A stretch of 55,335 nucleotides of DNA from Basidioascus undulatus (lineage: Eukaryota), in assembly GCA_000826855.1 (NCBI GenBank), contig JTLS01000009.1, positions 1-55,335 of the forward strand. Reading direction: 5' to 3'. The notes beneath the pieces are model-generated. The model saw nothing but the letters and a program-made list of their open reading frames with translations. It was not told the origin of the DNA and ran no database searches. The translations under genes and the position numbers were made by a program. Of the stretch, positions 24,939-38,300 are shown piece after piece; position 1 is the first letter of the stretch, and every line of letters begins with the position of its first letter.

Positions 24939-27414
24939 ATGTCCTCCTCCTCCACCGCGCAGCCGGCGGCCCCCAGCGTCCTCCCGCAGATCCCGACCCT
25001 CACCTCGCCCACGGACGCGCTCCAGCTCGCGCTCCAGTGCGAGTCGTCCCAGCCCGAGCAGTCCGTCCCGCGCGTGCTCGTCCCCGCACTCCGCACGCTC
25101 GTCCGCCAGGGACCACAGGGCGAGCAAGCGCTGGGCACAATCGGGGAGAGCGGGGATGTGTTGGCGGGGCTGGATATGGCGCGGAGCTCGGCGGCGTGGT
25201 TGTTCATTCTGTGGGTCCCCCACCATGCCCCTCTGATACTCCATAACTCTCTCTCTTTCATTCCTGCCTGTTGGGTTACTAAATATTTCATTGAACACAG
25301 AACTTCCCGCTTGCACGTCTTCCTCACCACCCCACCCCCGTCCTCCTCCGCCGCCGGCCCGTCCGCCTCGCCCTCGACCTCCGACGCCCAGGGCAGCGCC
25401 GCCGTCGACCCTTTTCGCTCCCAGGCGGCGTACTTCCTTGACCTTGCGCGCCGCTTCGTGGATGTGTCCGACATTACCCAGCTCCGCTATGCGCCCGAGC
25501 GCGGTGCGTGTCTTCTCTCCTCTTCTCCTCTCCGCTCTCCTCTCTTCTCCATTCAACGCTTTTGCGTCCACTTGCCATTTCCCGAATACTAAATCGGTGC
25601 GGTATCACACAGTGACACGCCTCGCGAAAGCTATCTGGCAGCTGTCGCTGATCGTGGAGAATGTGCGTCACGCTCTTGCCTTTCCGACATCCCAACCGAG
25701 CCCCAACCACGACCAAACCCTGACCCGCAGCCCCTCCGCAGCCCAAAGCGTCCCTCTACCCGCTCAGGCAGCTCCTCATCCGCTACACCGGCAACTCCAT
25801 CCACTGGCTGACGACCATCCACCCTATCTTCTTGCACGTGCGTGGGGCTCCTCTGCCTTCTTCACGCACCCGTTCTCTTTCAGTTCTGTCTCCATGCGCT
25901 GATCCGGCATGGGACCACTTCCAGGCGTGCATCACCACGCGCATGTACGCGTACGCGTTGCCCATCATCCGCCAAGGGATCTCGGAAGTGTCCACCTCCG
26001 TGCGACCCCTTTCCCCTTCTGGCTCTCCGGCGCAGAAGATTCAGGAGCTAACTCTAGCTGCACGGAACAGCTCTCGGACCTCACGTACCAGGACAACCTC
26101 CTGTACCACCACCACGCGGGGTACATTTACGCGGCGCTGAGGAAGTGGGACGAGGCTGCGGAGGCGTTTGAGGGGGTGCGTTGCGTGCTCCCCTTCCCGT
26201 TTTCCCGCTCTCCCCCTTCTCCCGTGCTGATTTTTGTTGATGGGGTTGGCGGTTGATAGGCCGTATCTGCGCCTGGAACGGGCGTCTCGGCCATCCAGAT
26301 GGACGCGTTCAAGCGGCTCGTGCTCGTGCAGATCATCGGCAAGGGGCGGGTGCGCGTGCTGTCCGGTGATCTCCTGTGCTCGAGAAGTCGGCGGACTGAC
26401 TCTGCCTCCCTTGGTAGGCCTCCCCTCCGCCCAAGTACACCTCCGCGCAGCTGCAGCGCACCTTCAAAGCGCTCGCACCAGCGTACCACGCGCTCCTGAC
26501 CTCGACGTCCCCCTGCTCCACCACCACCTCCAACGCCACCTCCGCCTTCCCGGACGACCCCGCCTCCTCCAGCCCCGGCTCCAAGAAGGCTGCCTCCGCG
26601 CCGCTCACGCGCGCGGACGTGGAGAAGCACCGCGCGGAGTTTGAGAACGACGGCAACTGGGGCTTGGCGCAGATTCTGCTGGACCAGATGCCCGGGCGGG
26701 AGGTTGCCAGGCTCGAGGAGACATTTGGGAGTGTCGGGCTGGCGGAGGTCGGGAGGGTCGCTGGGCTGGGCCAGGGGGCGCAGGCAGCGGAGAGGAGAGC
26801 GGCGGAGGTGGTGCTTGGGCTGGTACGTCGTTCTCCACCCTATCCCATCCACCATCCCATTCCTCGCTCATCTTCCCCGCCTCGACGCCGACGTCCTCAC
26901 CTGACTTTGCACTTGAACGCAATCACCCTCGCAGATACAGTCATCGACGATCCACGCCCGCCTCTCGCTCGACCCGCCCATGCTCACGTTCACTCCGCCG
27001 CCCGACTCGTACGCGGACGCGCCCGCCGCGCGCGAGATCGAGCGCCTCCTCGCGCGGACGAACGAGACAGGGCGCCAGCTGGCGAGCAAGGACGGCGAGG
27101 AGGGGAGGGGGAGGGCTTACTTGAAGAAGGTGCGGTTCCTTCCCTTCTACTTCCCCTTTCTCCCTTTTCATACCGTCTCCCACACCTTCCCTCATGACCC
27201 CTTGCCTGCACTCGGGGTTCGACGCTGACATGCGATGGCTCTGATGTCTCCACAGGCGAACCAGAACGCCGGCGCAGCAGGGATGTGGTCCGCCGGCTCG
27301 GGCGGCGGTGGGTTTGGAGCAGGCGGTGCGGAGGACGTGGAGATGCTTGGGTTTGGGAGCGTCGGTGCCGGGGGAGGGGGTGGTAGCGATTGGGCGGACG
27401 AGTTTGGGGCTTAG
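24939..27414 (+). CDS. CSN3: COP9 signalosome subunit 3 (PCI domain)
   Basis: QLRYAPER|VTRLAK; WLTTIHPIFLH|ACITTRMYAYALPII; LTYQDNLLYHHHAGYIYAALRKWDEAAEAFE; VSAIQMDAFKRLVLVQII; PPKYTS; FENDGNWGLA. Stop TAG at 27412-27414. Confidence 0.9.
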
Positions 27415-27990
27415 TATAGTGCTGCTTGAGGTGCGATTGCGGGGAGGTGAAAAGAAACGCGATCATAAACGTGGTTCGTAGTCATGATGTGATAAGTGTA
27501 CGATATCGGGAGGAGAGGTGGCCATCCGTGTGAGGCGAGCGACAACGCTAAGCGAGCTCATTGGGGTTGCGAGAAGGTAAGTTGTGAAGCCCATCGCAGT
27601 CCGCCCCTTTGCTTCTGCATCTCTGAAGGCGCGTTTTGAATACTCTCCTTGAATGGAACGGTTTGAGTTCTTTACGATGGAAAGTCTGGAAAGCAGCATT
27701 TGCGATGCCGGCGCAAGCAAGCCATACTTCGGAGTCATGTCGAAGGCTGTGCGCCCAGTCCCTTCTTCTGATGTTATCTCTCATGCTGGACAGAAATCAT
27801 ACACGGACAAACAACCAAAACAGGCATCGTCAGAGCATCCACGTCGCGTTACGGTCATTGCTCGCGTTCCTTACGGCCCACCTCGGAACCTCCGCATTTC
27901 CGCCGTTCTGCTGCATGACCGCCTTCTTGTCGCTGAACCATCACCACCCCTCTGACCATCTCTGAACCTCACCCTTATGCAAAAGCTCCA

Positions 27991-28750
27991 ATGACGCTCA
28001 CACTCCTCGCTCTTCCTGCCGAGATCCTGGCCTATATCGAGTCCTTCATCGCGCTCACCGACCTGGCCACACATCTCGCTCTCGCGCACACCTGCCACGA
28101 CTTGCTGGAGTCTTACTCTGAGGTCGACTGGCGTGCCTCCTGCGCCTCTCTCGGAATCGATCGTCCGCTTGCGAGCGGCGACTGCTGGAGACCACCGGAC
28201 AGGTCAGCTGGCGCGTGCTCGCTACGATTCTGAGCCGCGTGGTGGACGGGCAGCCGGACCTTAGCTCTGGATTCGGCGGGGTGGACTACAAGGAGCCTGA
28301 GACTCCCAAATGGTCCATCGGTGCTGAGTAATCTCCCATCCTTGCTGCTCTGCGGCGGTCAGGGAAAGGTCCGTTTGAGCCCGTTCGCTCCGATAACAGC
28401 AAGTTGATGGGTTCTTCGTGCGACAGGCCCGACGTTCGACAAGCCCGACACCGCTACATAGTTCACCAAGGACTTTGTGAAGCTTAAGCTAACCCCTCCT
28501 CGACCGTCTCGGCTCTGCGTTCGATCACCGGACGACTGAGAATGCCTTGTACGACGACTCTCGCGCTCGCTCAGCGATTCAGGGCTGCGCCGGAACGCTC
28601 CTCCGCTTCTCGAGCGCCCCATCTATTCCGAAATTGTCGTTTGTCATACTCGCCCGCTGCAGTCTGAGCGATCGCGAGGTGGTTATTGACGTAGATAATC
28701 CCGATGGCGTGACGATGGCGGACTACGTCGAACTCGTTCCTCCGCAGTGC
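27991..28750 (+). pseudogene. F-box-like protein, probably degenerate
   Basis: MTLTLLALPAEILAYIESFIALTDLATHLALAHTCHDL..WRASC is an F-box-like start. The continuation (VSWRVLATILSRV; IDVDNPDGVTMADY) needs frameshifts. The 3' end is uncertain. Confidence 0.5.
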
Positions 28751-30104
28751 GTGAAGAAACCTCTTCTCCTTATTTACTTGCTTACTAAAGAGACGCTTAC
28801 AGTGCCGGGGGTCGCCTTGCTATCGTTTCAACGACGCAGGAGAGCTAAGCTCTGGTCGGGTGACCTCCTTCCAGCTGTGAGGCCGACATCCTGCGCTTTG
28901 CCTTCTGCCCTCGTGGTCCCATGTGGAAATATGAATTGCTTCATGAGATTTGGAACTCCTTCAAAAGCGGTTGGCATGCTGAAAGGTTCGTATGCACTGA
29001 ATTTCCCGTTGTGCGCGGTTCAAACTCAAACCTGCTGCATAATGCATACCGGCACCATGCACCGACTAGCTGGTTGACAGCTCACATAATTGAGCAACCA
29101 AATAGTTAGAGCCACTGGATCGTGTTGAACACAAAAAAAACCCGACGTCCTGCTGGAACGGATGCCCTCGGTAGCACGTTGTCCCCATGCTCGGCAGTGT
29201 CGCAGACCGCATCACAGCGCATGAATTAGCATAAATCCCACCTGGTGTATTCCACAAGTCCAACACGGCATGAATGAGACTGGCGGAGGAGAGAGCATGC
29301 GTAAACCGCGCGGCCTTCTGGGTACAGTAAATGCAATTGCGATGAGGATGGAAGTGAAACTTCTGAGCTGCTGTTAGGCTAGAGTGGTCTTTGGGTTTTA
29401 GGATAGTTTTTTCTCCAATGAGAGAAGAGTGATACCTTACCACAAGCTCATGGCAAGCAATGTCAGGAATTGTTCCCCGTGCAGGCGGGATCAGGGTGGG
29501 TCTACGCATTCCATGGGCACCCTTTCATGGAAAGAGAATATTCATTTTCATAAATAAAGGTCTATACCTTTAGAGGGATAGCCGCTGCTTCCTCGAGCCG
29601 TGCACGGCTTGCGCTCCAGCCCATCCTCAGTTGCTTGCTGTCCGCGTTCCGCATTTAGCACACCCTACTTCCAGATTTTGAATGATGTTTGACGAGAATG
29701 CGCAACGGCCAGACGCCACAATCTCGAGAATCTGAGAGATCCGGAGGGCAGAACCTCATCAAATGGCGGATATGTACACCACAAGGACGGTGCTCCCTTT
29801 GAGGGGATGCATGGGCGTGGACTGTGGCGAAAGTGTGTTAGCTGAAAACGCTTCTTATAGAAAGAGCCGCATAGTTTACAGCGTAGATGTGCGGCGGAAT
29901 CTAGGAAAAAAGACAGCATTTAAGCAAGAAAGGAACTTGCTGTTGACGATAAAGTTCTTGGAAAGATTAAAAAGGGATGTGCCCTGAGGAACGCCCGAAC
30001 ACTGCTTGCAGCGTGACCTCACCCAAAGTGCCATTCCTGGGCTGACTCCTCCATCTTCACCGCCAGGAACTGCGAGTAACTCACAGAGAAATCCGTAAGC
30101 AACC

Positions 30105-31058
30105 ATGCTTCGCCTCGCCTCTACCCGCGCCGTGCAGTCCATCGCCTTTCGGACTACATCGGCTCTTCTGGCTTCGTGGCCGAGCTCGAAGCGGCATCTC
30201 AAGACCCCCGGTTCCAACACGAACCCATCGACAGACTTGGCCGTATTCAAGGACATCAAGAAGCTAGCAAAGTGAGCAGACCCTTCCCTTTTGGTTTGAC
30301 CGCCCCGTGGATGTGGAAACTACATTGATTGACGGTGACTGCTGTGTGCAGGGACCTGGCAGTCTACGAACACGTACTCTGGACGGGGAAGAACAGCCAG
30401 ATAGTGACCACGACACTTCCCATAGATGAGGCTACGAATGAAAGTGAGCTTTCAATTCTCACGTCAAAGGGTGGCCTTCATTGTTGACTACCCCTGTTCC
30501 ATGGTCATAGCAAAACTGCCCAGCGACCACGTTCGTTTCCAGGGTCCTTGGTGAAGAACGCATGCCTTATTCATTACTCTGGTGAACGCAGCACGTCACA
30601 GTCGTAGATGGGGAAGCGTCGTTTGGTGTGGATGGGAACACGACGAGAGCAGCGCCGATGGATCATGTTGTCGTACGCTGAGCATCTTTGTTAATTTCCC
30701 TCTTCGGGACCTTTGGAATTTCCTGTTGATTTTTTATTCCAATTATCAGATCCCGGCTGGCGCTACCCATACCATCAGCAATGTCGGCGACAAGCCTCTC
30801 GTGCTCTATCGCATTTTTGCGCCAGCTCAGGTTCGTTTTCATATGAGATGGCGGGAGCCCTCCCCCCACATGTTTTGTTTCGCATCTAATAGCTCTTTCC
30901 GAATTTGTCTTGTCCTTCAGCACTCGGCCAAGCACGTTGCAGCAACCCGGGACGAAGCGGACCACGCGCGGCGGTCGGGGCAGGATAAGCCGCCAGAGTG
31001 GAGTTGGGACTTGCACAAGCTCGACCCGAAGCTCAAGGATGAGGGGTACGACTTGTGA
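30105..31058 (+). CDS. Cupin_2-family protein with probable mitochondrial presequence, 6 exons
   Basis: MLRLASTRAVQSIAFR..; YEHVLWTGKNSQIVTTTLP; HVTVVDGEA..DHVV|IPAGATHTISNVGDKPLVLYRIFAPAQ|H..DKPPEWS. All introns are GT-AG and in phase. Confidence 0.85.
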
Positions 31059-31455
31059 AAATGGTAAAGGGTATGAGAGACAAATTATCTCTGGAATATC
31101 ATTTGGGCGAGTGTGCGAAATTCAACCGATGGTACCACTCCTGTTGACGTTGGTATCCAGTGGAGCACTGGAGGCAGACCTCTGAAAGCGGAAGTCCTTA
31201 TACATTCCAGTTCGGATATGAAAGATTCAGCACGTAAATTGGCGGACATCGTTGCTTTGCAGTAAGCGGGCTGTGCAGTGAGCGGGTGTCCAAACACCAT
31301 GACGCTCCTCCGCGAATTCCTGGAAACACCACGCGACTGATCGTTCCAGTGTGGAATGCAACATCTCTTCCTCTTCCCCTTATCCACACTCAAATCCTCC
31401 CCACCCCCCCACATACTCGAGCCCCATCCAACCCACCAATCCTTACATTTCCGCA

Positions 31456-32209
31456 ATGGAGTCCGTCAAGTCCGCTCTCGGTCTCAACAGCGACGAGTCC
31501 CGCCCGGAGCGCCCGGAGAAGCCCGAGTCTCCGTCCACCGAGAAGAAGGACGAAGGGGAGCGCAACTGGTTCGGAGACAAGTTCAGCTCGACGCTCGGTG
31601 GCGGCAAGGAGGGAGAGGCGAAGGGTGCGCATGTTCTGTTCGTTGCAGGAAGACAGTGCTGACGCTGCAGGATGGGTGGGCCATCCAGCCGACGCAAATG
31701 ACGAGGAGGGCGAAGGCAGCTGGCTCGGCAACAAGATCAACACCGCTCTTGGTGGTGGAAAGGAGAGCGAGTCGAAGGGTGGGTTCCCGACGTATCACTG
31801 CATATCGAGACGGCGCTGATGCTGCGGGATGGGTGGGCTATCCAGAGGACAAACTCGACAAGGGTGACAGGTCTATTGTTGTGCTCTGAAGGGAATCTAG
31901 GCTAACGGGTTAGTGGTATCCTTCAGCCATCGACTTTATCCAGGAGCATGGTCTCCGAGCGGGCGACCAGTCCAGCGAATCGGCGCTGGAGCAGGCGAAG
32001 GTATACGATTGGCTGCCATCCGAACCTGTGCGACAACATCGACTGACCTGTTCCTTCTCTCCCTCTAGGACGAGCAGATCTCCGACTCGATCAGGTAAGA
32101 TTCCCCAGTCTACCAACCGGTTTCGATAAGATCTGACGGCTCCTTTGCAAGGCGCGCGTACAAGAGCGCGACTGGGCACGAGTTTCCGGTGTCGGACAAG
32201 GAGCACTGA
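31456..32209 (+). CDS. Small hydrophilic fungal protein (often annotated DDR48-like)
   Basis: MESVKSALG..NWFGDKFSSTLGGGKEGEAK|..SWLGNKINTALGGGKESESK|EDKLDK|IDFIQEH..GDQSSESALEQAK|DEQISDSIR|RAYKSATGHEFPVSDKEH*. Confidence 0.8.
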
Positions 32210-32693
32210 GCGATCGACGACGCAAATCGTATGTCCGGCTAAAAAGAAATGAGCTACCTGACATGAATCAACGCGCCTTACTTGAGAAAGGCGGTATATC
32301 AAATTTCCCCAATTAATGAAAGCACGGGAGTGAAAAGTGCGCTGCTGCTCAGTCCAGCTCGTCTCGTCCAGCCAGCTCTCATGTTTCGTGGTCAACCTGT
32401 GCGGCCTGCCGGAAAATTCGCAAGACTCCAAACCTTCAGCCTGAGTTTACATACCTAAAAACTCTAATAGTGAAGCAGAAACAAGTGATCTTGTATGGCG
32501 AAAGCGGAGCTCTAGCGACCACGCCAGCTGTCAGGTTAGTGCAGTCAATCCTGCGTGTTCGTTGCGAGCATTTCGAGATGCTTTGATTTCAGCTGGTTGA
32601 ATGCTCAATGTTTAGATGCCATTGTTTCACACGGAAAAACAGCGAAGCTCCAATGAATCTGCAGTCGATCCCACATGCCCAAGCCTCGCTCGT

Positions 32694-34619
32694 TCAGTCG
32701 AACTCCATAATCTTATAGATGCCAGATGGCCCCTGCTCGAATGTAAAGTGAGACACGGTCAGACGTGCACGCAAGATAGCCGATCCCCCGCTCGTCGGCC
32801 CAACGTACCTCGAGAACGATCCTCCTCTGGTCGAGCATCATCATGCCTCCCATGCCCCTCCCGTCAAGCGGCAAGACGAGCGAGTCCATGCTCTGCCCGT
32901 CCTTTCCGTACCCGCTGCGCACGCGCTCGGCCCCCTTAGGAAGCGGCTGGCTGCGCCCGTAGAGGGGAAATAGCGCGCGCGGTTCGGCGCAGGACGCGGC
33001 GCGGACGACGTGTGGGGAAAAATCGAGGAGGAACGGGCGAGTTTCGATGGTGTCGGAAGAGTCGAGGCCGGAGACGGATGCGGCCGGGCCGGAGAGGAGG
33101 ACGCGCGTCGAGGAGAGTGGGCAGGTAGTCGTCATCGACCAGCCGACGAGGAGGAGCGCGTCGTCAGTCCAGTCCATCCAGTGCACGCCCATGGGCTCCT
33201 CCTCCTCCATCTTCTCCTCGGCAATCTGAAGCAGCTCGAGAACAGCCCGTCGGCGCACGATCCCCACGCATCCGTCCTCGTCCTCGTCGCCCATCGCGAC
33301 TACGCAGAACGCGAGCACGCCGTCGCCGGCGGGGCGCTGGAAGGGATCCGTCTGAGCGACCATGCTGTCCGAGTAGTCTCCGAATGGAAACATGTCGAAC
33401 GGTAGCCAGAGGCGGAGCCGCGTGCGCAGCTTGGGCGGACTGCCGTCGGTCGTAGCGGAAGAGTCGGCGGGGGAAGGGAAGGTATGGACGGAGAGGGCGA
33501 GCAAGGAGTATTCCGTGTCGTTGTCCGGCGAATGGTCACCGAGAGTGATGATAGAGTTGGGAGTGAGGAAGCTGAAGTTCGTGCAGAGGCGGTCGGTCCT
33601 GTCGGAAAGAGTCTGTAGGGCGAAATGCGCTTCAGCTTGGTTTAGTTTACAGCATCGGGAGCGTATCAAAGAAACGCACAGCGAGGGGGAGTACTTCGGA
33701 CTCGCCGATATGCCATACTGTGAGAGTGGAAGTCCGATGCTCCCAGTGGGCCCTCGAGCAAACGACGCTCGTCGCGAGAAGCGAACCCGAGAGGATCTGG
33801 TAAAACGAAGATGGGGCGGGAGCTGAGAGGAGGGTTGAATGCTCGAGCGGTTGGAGGGTCGGGTGGGGCTCCAGGGTGGAGAGGACGAGGAAATGAACTG
33901 TCCAACTCGTGCGGTCGTCGACGGTTGTTCTACGGAGCTCAGTGTCAACGCTGTTCAATCGTCGTTCGGAAGCCGGCGAGACCCACGAGTCTACGAGAAT
34001 GAGCAGATCCATCTCCTCGTCGATCTCCACATCCTCGAGTCTCTTCGACCAAGGCACCGTCCGCCTCGGAGAGACCCAGCGCGACGATGCGCTGTCCTCC
34101 TTGAGGTCCCAGACGCGCAGGGCGCTGACCGCGCCCACGATCGGGACCTCGTCGACTACGGATGGCCAGGGAGGTTCGATGGAGACGAAGGTGTCGCCGC
34201 GCATGAGGTAGTTGATCGGGTGGATCTCGATTGCATCGAGGTTCTCAGGCTCTGTACCAGAGGAAAGCAGGCGGGACCGCTGGCCGCGGACGAGGGACTT
34301 GGTGCGAGTCGGTCTCAGACCCGCAAGGTTCTCGAGCCTTTTGAGCAGGCTCGGGAGGGAAGCAGTCGAGTCCGTCGCGGGCGGAGGAAGCGAAATGAGA
34401 GTATGGTGCAAGCAGAGCTGAATCAGAGGAGATCGAACGAGGCGGAACAGGACGCGACAGGACTGCGAGGACCGAGACGAGCATGATGAGTGACGTCGGC
34501 TCATTCACAGATGAGCGAGCGGCACGAACCGCGCCGGCGTTCAAGAGGTCCCTTGGCTGATCCGTAAGATAGAAAATGATGTGGAGCAAGACTTCTTCGG
34601 GGAGATCCAGGATCTGCAT
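32694..34619 (-). CDS. F-box domain protein
   Basis: MQILDLPEEVLLHIIFYLTDQPRDLLNAGA|SCRVLFRLVRSPLIQ; later IDEEMDLLILV and VHFLVLSTLEPHP, typical of basidiomycete F-box proteins. It ends IMEFD*. Confidence 0.75.
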
Positions 34620-35360
34620 CGCCGGAAGCGTTGATGGTGCGAAAGAGAGCCTCCAGAAGTCGCTCAGCGCCGCTCCATCGCGGCTCACGTGACCGCAACA
34701 AGGAAGTGTTCCCCGAGCTGGAGTCCCTCCCGCCGCCACCCCCCGACCTTTCTCTTGGGACTAGGCCTGCGGAGGCTACGGCCCGCCGCGCGATTGATGG
34801 GGGCACCGTTGAAGAGGGCTCTTTCTTACGTTCCCGCCTCCCCTCGCACCCCTCTTCCTTTACTCTCCCCCCTCTGCGCATAACGCATGCTAGTCCTATC
34901 GTAGTTAACTGTTTCCGATCACCCCCTGCATCTCTATCGAGCCCTAAGGCGACGCTTCATGAACATAGACTGAAACCCCCGTCCGTCCACAGACCGGCGG
35001 CACCAACTTGCGCCATCCGGCAGCTCCGCGGCCGTAAAGCCATCGAATGCTTCTTCTTCCCGGAGCTGGAGTTTCTTTCGAATCGAAGCGCCTTTTCACT
35101 GCATACCAAACTTATTCAGTCAGACAGTACCCAGAATGCACGCGCAGAGTGCCTCAGAAGACCGCTGGTATGCAGGCGTGCGATGAAGAAGCGCAATGTA
35201 CAGTGGGGTGGCAGACAGACGGTCGTTTCAGATATCAAGCAAACGGGGCGCAGTGGGGTCGTAACAATGCTACCTAAAGAAGAGAGTTCCAAGACCAACA
35301 AGCAGAGCAGATGAAAGTGAAACTGAAAGGGGGGACGGTATTGGAGTGCTCAGCCCGCCC

Positions 35361-38300
35361 TCACTTCTTGTGCCCGTTCTGGTTCTGGCCCACGCCGGGG
35401 GAGAGCTCCCGGAGCGCGTCGTCCGCACGCTTGAGGTCGCCCTCCGTGAGCGTCTGCGGCTGGAGCGCGTTATCGCCGTCGAGCGCGTAGCCGGGCGTAC
35501 TCGACCCGGAGCCGAACGCGCTTTGCGGGTTCCGCCGCCGCTTGATGCTGTTCCCGCCCCGCCCCACACAGTCAGCCCAAGTCAGCCGGCTAGAAGATGA
35601 GACTCCTCGGGGGAGAAGAAAACTCACGTCATCGGGAACGGGTACTCGTCCACCTCCTCCTCTGTCCCGTCAGACGCCATCTGGCGCCAGATCTGCGCGC
35701 CGTTGTAGTCGGACGTCTGGAGCGACTGCATCTCCTCCTGATCTCGCACAACCCACCTTCGTCAGCCCACGTCTCTCTTCGGCGTTAAACTGAGCATGCT
35801 CCTCGCCAGACGCACCGTAAGTGTCCCAATGTCCCCAGGCGTCATCGCACCCGCTGCGAACCTCGGGCTGCCCGGCGCGGAGAATGGCGCGGGGACCTTG
35901 GTGTGGCCGGACTCAAAGTCGAAGTCGTCATCGGTGAAGGAGTCGGGGTACGCGCGGCGGAGGGCGAGCTGACGCGCCTTTGCGTACTCGATCCCGAGCG
36001 ACTTCCAGTCGAGGAGGTCCGACAGCCGCTCGGTCCGGTTCCGCTGGTTGATGCGCTGCCGGCGCGTCTTCTGGCAGAAGTGCACCATCTGCGAGCGACG
36101 AAAGTAAGAGCAAATGTCAGTGCGCGAGTCTCGATGGCCAGGGGATGCTTGACAACGCACGTGGTCGGTCAGCTCGTTCACAGAGTCCTCGACGGACTTT
36201 GCCCTCCGGTCGACAATGTCTGTTGAAAACCCCGACTGCGTCAGCTATCTTTGCCCAAGCGGTCTACCCCAATCTTTTCGCTGAAATATACAGATGCCGT
36301 AATCTTGAGAGTTCTCGATCAGCTCGTCCATGAAGCAGCCGAAGCCAGACAAGTTGGTCTGTGCACCGTACGCCACCCATCAGCATGCCATCCCCTCCGC
36401 GTCCAAAGCGGGCCACGGGAACGAAACGTACCGTGATAGACGGGATACCCATGACGGTGCACTCGGCGGGGGTGTACCTGCGGGTCCGCCCCGCCCGATC
36501 AGTTCTGGCGCCCGAGTTCAAGTTCGATCAGACCAACGCACCCCCAAGGCTCGTAGTAGGACGGGAAGACGCCGAGGTGGCAGCCGCGGACAAACTCCTC
36601 GTAGTCGAGACCGAGGATGGGGTTGTTGGAGTTCAAAAACCTGATCGATAAGCCCACACACTATCAGTCGCGCTGCCAGCATTTCGGCTGCATAACCCAA
36701 AACTGAACTGACTCGGGGTGGAAGATGACCTTGACACGGTCTTGCGGGCGGTTGAAGAGCTGTACGCGGCGGAGTTCTGTGTGTCCCGGTCGTCGCGTCA
36801 GGAATACAGCTGTGCATTGAGGCCTGGAGAGGGAGGAGAGTGCAAATGAACGACGCACGGTTCAAGATCGGGTCCGCGGCGTCGTCGGCCATGTTGTGGG
36901 TGACGATGGGCGGGAGCGAGTTGCGCCTGAGCGCAAACACCCTGCGCTTGAGCGCGATCTTGTCAGCAGAGGAGAGGAGCTCGGCGGGGTCGAGGATGTC
37001 GCCAGTCGCCTCGCTGGTTTCACCACAAGCGCAAGAGTAACAGTCAGTCACGCTGCACCTCCTCGTGCACGAAAGAAAGGAAGGGAGGCAGATGGAAGAG
37101 AGCGACAGACCTGTACCGCGCGGCCTTCTCAAATAGCCTCTGCCCGACACGCTCCTGGATTTGCGTGACGGTGTCGCGGAGCTGCTTGACGACGGCCTGG
37201 CCCTTGAGCGCCTCGATCGTGTAGCTGTGCGTCGCAGCGGGCATGATGATGAACGCGACGACCGTCACTTTGGACCCCATCTTTTGGAGCCGGTAGTTGA
37301 GGCCTGTTCCGTCGCCCCGTCTTTCAGCGAGCTGAACGGGGGAAAGGGAATGCGGGGAAGGGGAAGGTGGAAGGGGAATGACGCACGTGCGAGCGACTCG
37401 ACGAACATGTCCACGCCCTTGTTCCGGTACTCGTATCGACCAGCCGTAAACAGGTAGAGGGTGTTGTCCTGCACCCCATCCACCGCCCAGCATGAGCTCG
37501 CGCCCTTCCTGGAGCTTCCGCATCTTTCGAAGACGCACAAGGTCAAAGTCGTAGTGCCCGTAGAAGTGTCCGCGGATGAAGTCGTCGATCTTGGCCTTTG
37601 ATTGGGCGTGCTGTTCGTGAGGAGGAAACAAGTACGTTAGCGCACTGAGGCTAGGGGAAAGGGGTGGAATGATGGGCGCACAAGGTTTTGGAACTCGTGC
37701 ATGGCGGAGAACTTGACGACGTTCAGGCCGTTCGGCAGAACTCCGTCTGTTGATGTAGGACACATCTCGATCAGAGGACGTCTGGAAAGGTTAAGCCAGC
37801 CACGCTACGCACCGGGTTTCCGCTTCAGCAGGTGCTCCGACTCATATGCGGTCTGTCACCCCCCCACCCCAGCCCAAATCAGCACAACGCCCTGCCCATC
37901 TTGCCCCGCTGCAACTCACGATGTGCGAAACAGTCGTAAACACGTCCGCGGTGTGCGCCGCGCTGCGCTCGATGCAGTAGCGGTGGTAGATGCCGCGCTT
38001 GCCGGCCTCGTGGTCGACGTCAAAGTACTGGAGGTTGTTGTAGAAGTCGACGGAGCCCGCGCAGAGGTAGCGGCCGAGCAGCGTCGCGTGCGTCGTGAAG
38101 ACGGTCGTCACGTCGATGTGCCGCTTGCGGCAGAGCGGGATCGCCAGGCCCGCTTGCCACTCGTGGAAGTGCGCCACGACGGCGAGCTTGCGCTCGTGCG
38201 CGAGGTACTGAGGGAAAAATGAGGGAAGTGAAGGGAAGGCAGGGAGAGTGGGGGGAGAGGGGGCCGCAACGCACCTCGCCAAGGAACCATGCGACGAGAT

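Noticed and set aside
29066..29509. 147-aa minus ORF as a transposon or LINE remnant
   Set aside because: No RT, transposase or zinc-knuckle motif was convincingly identified.
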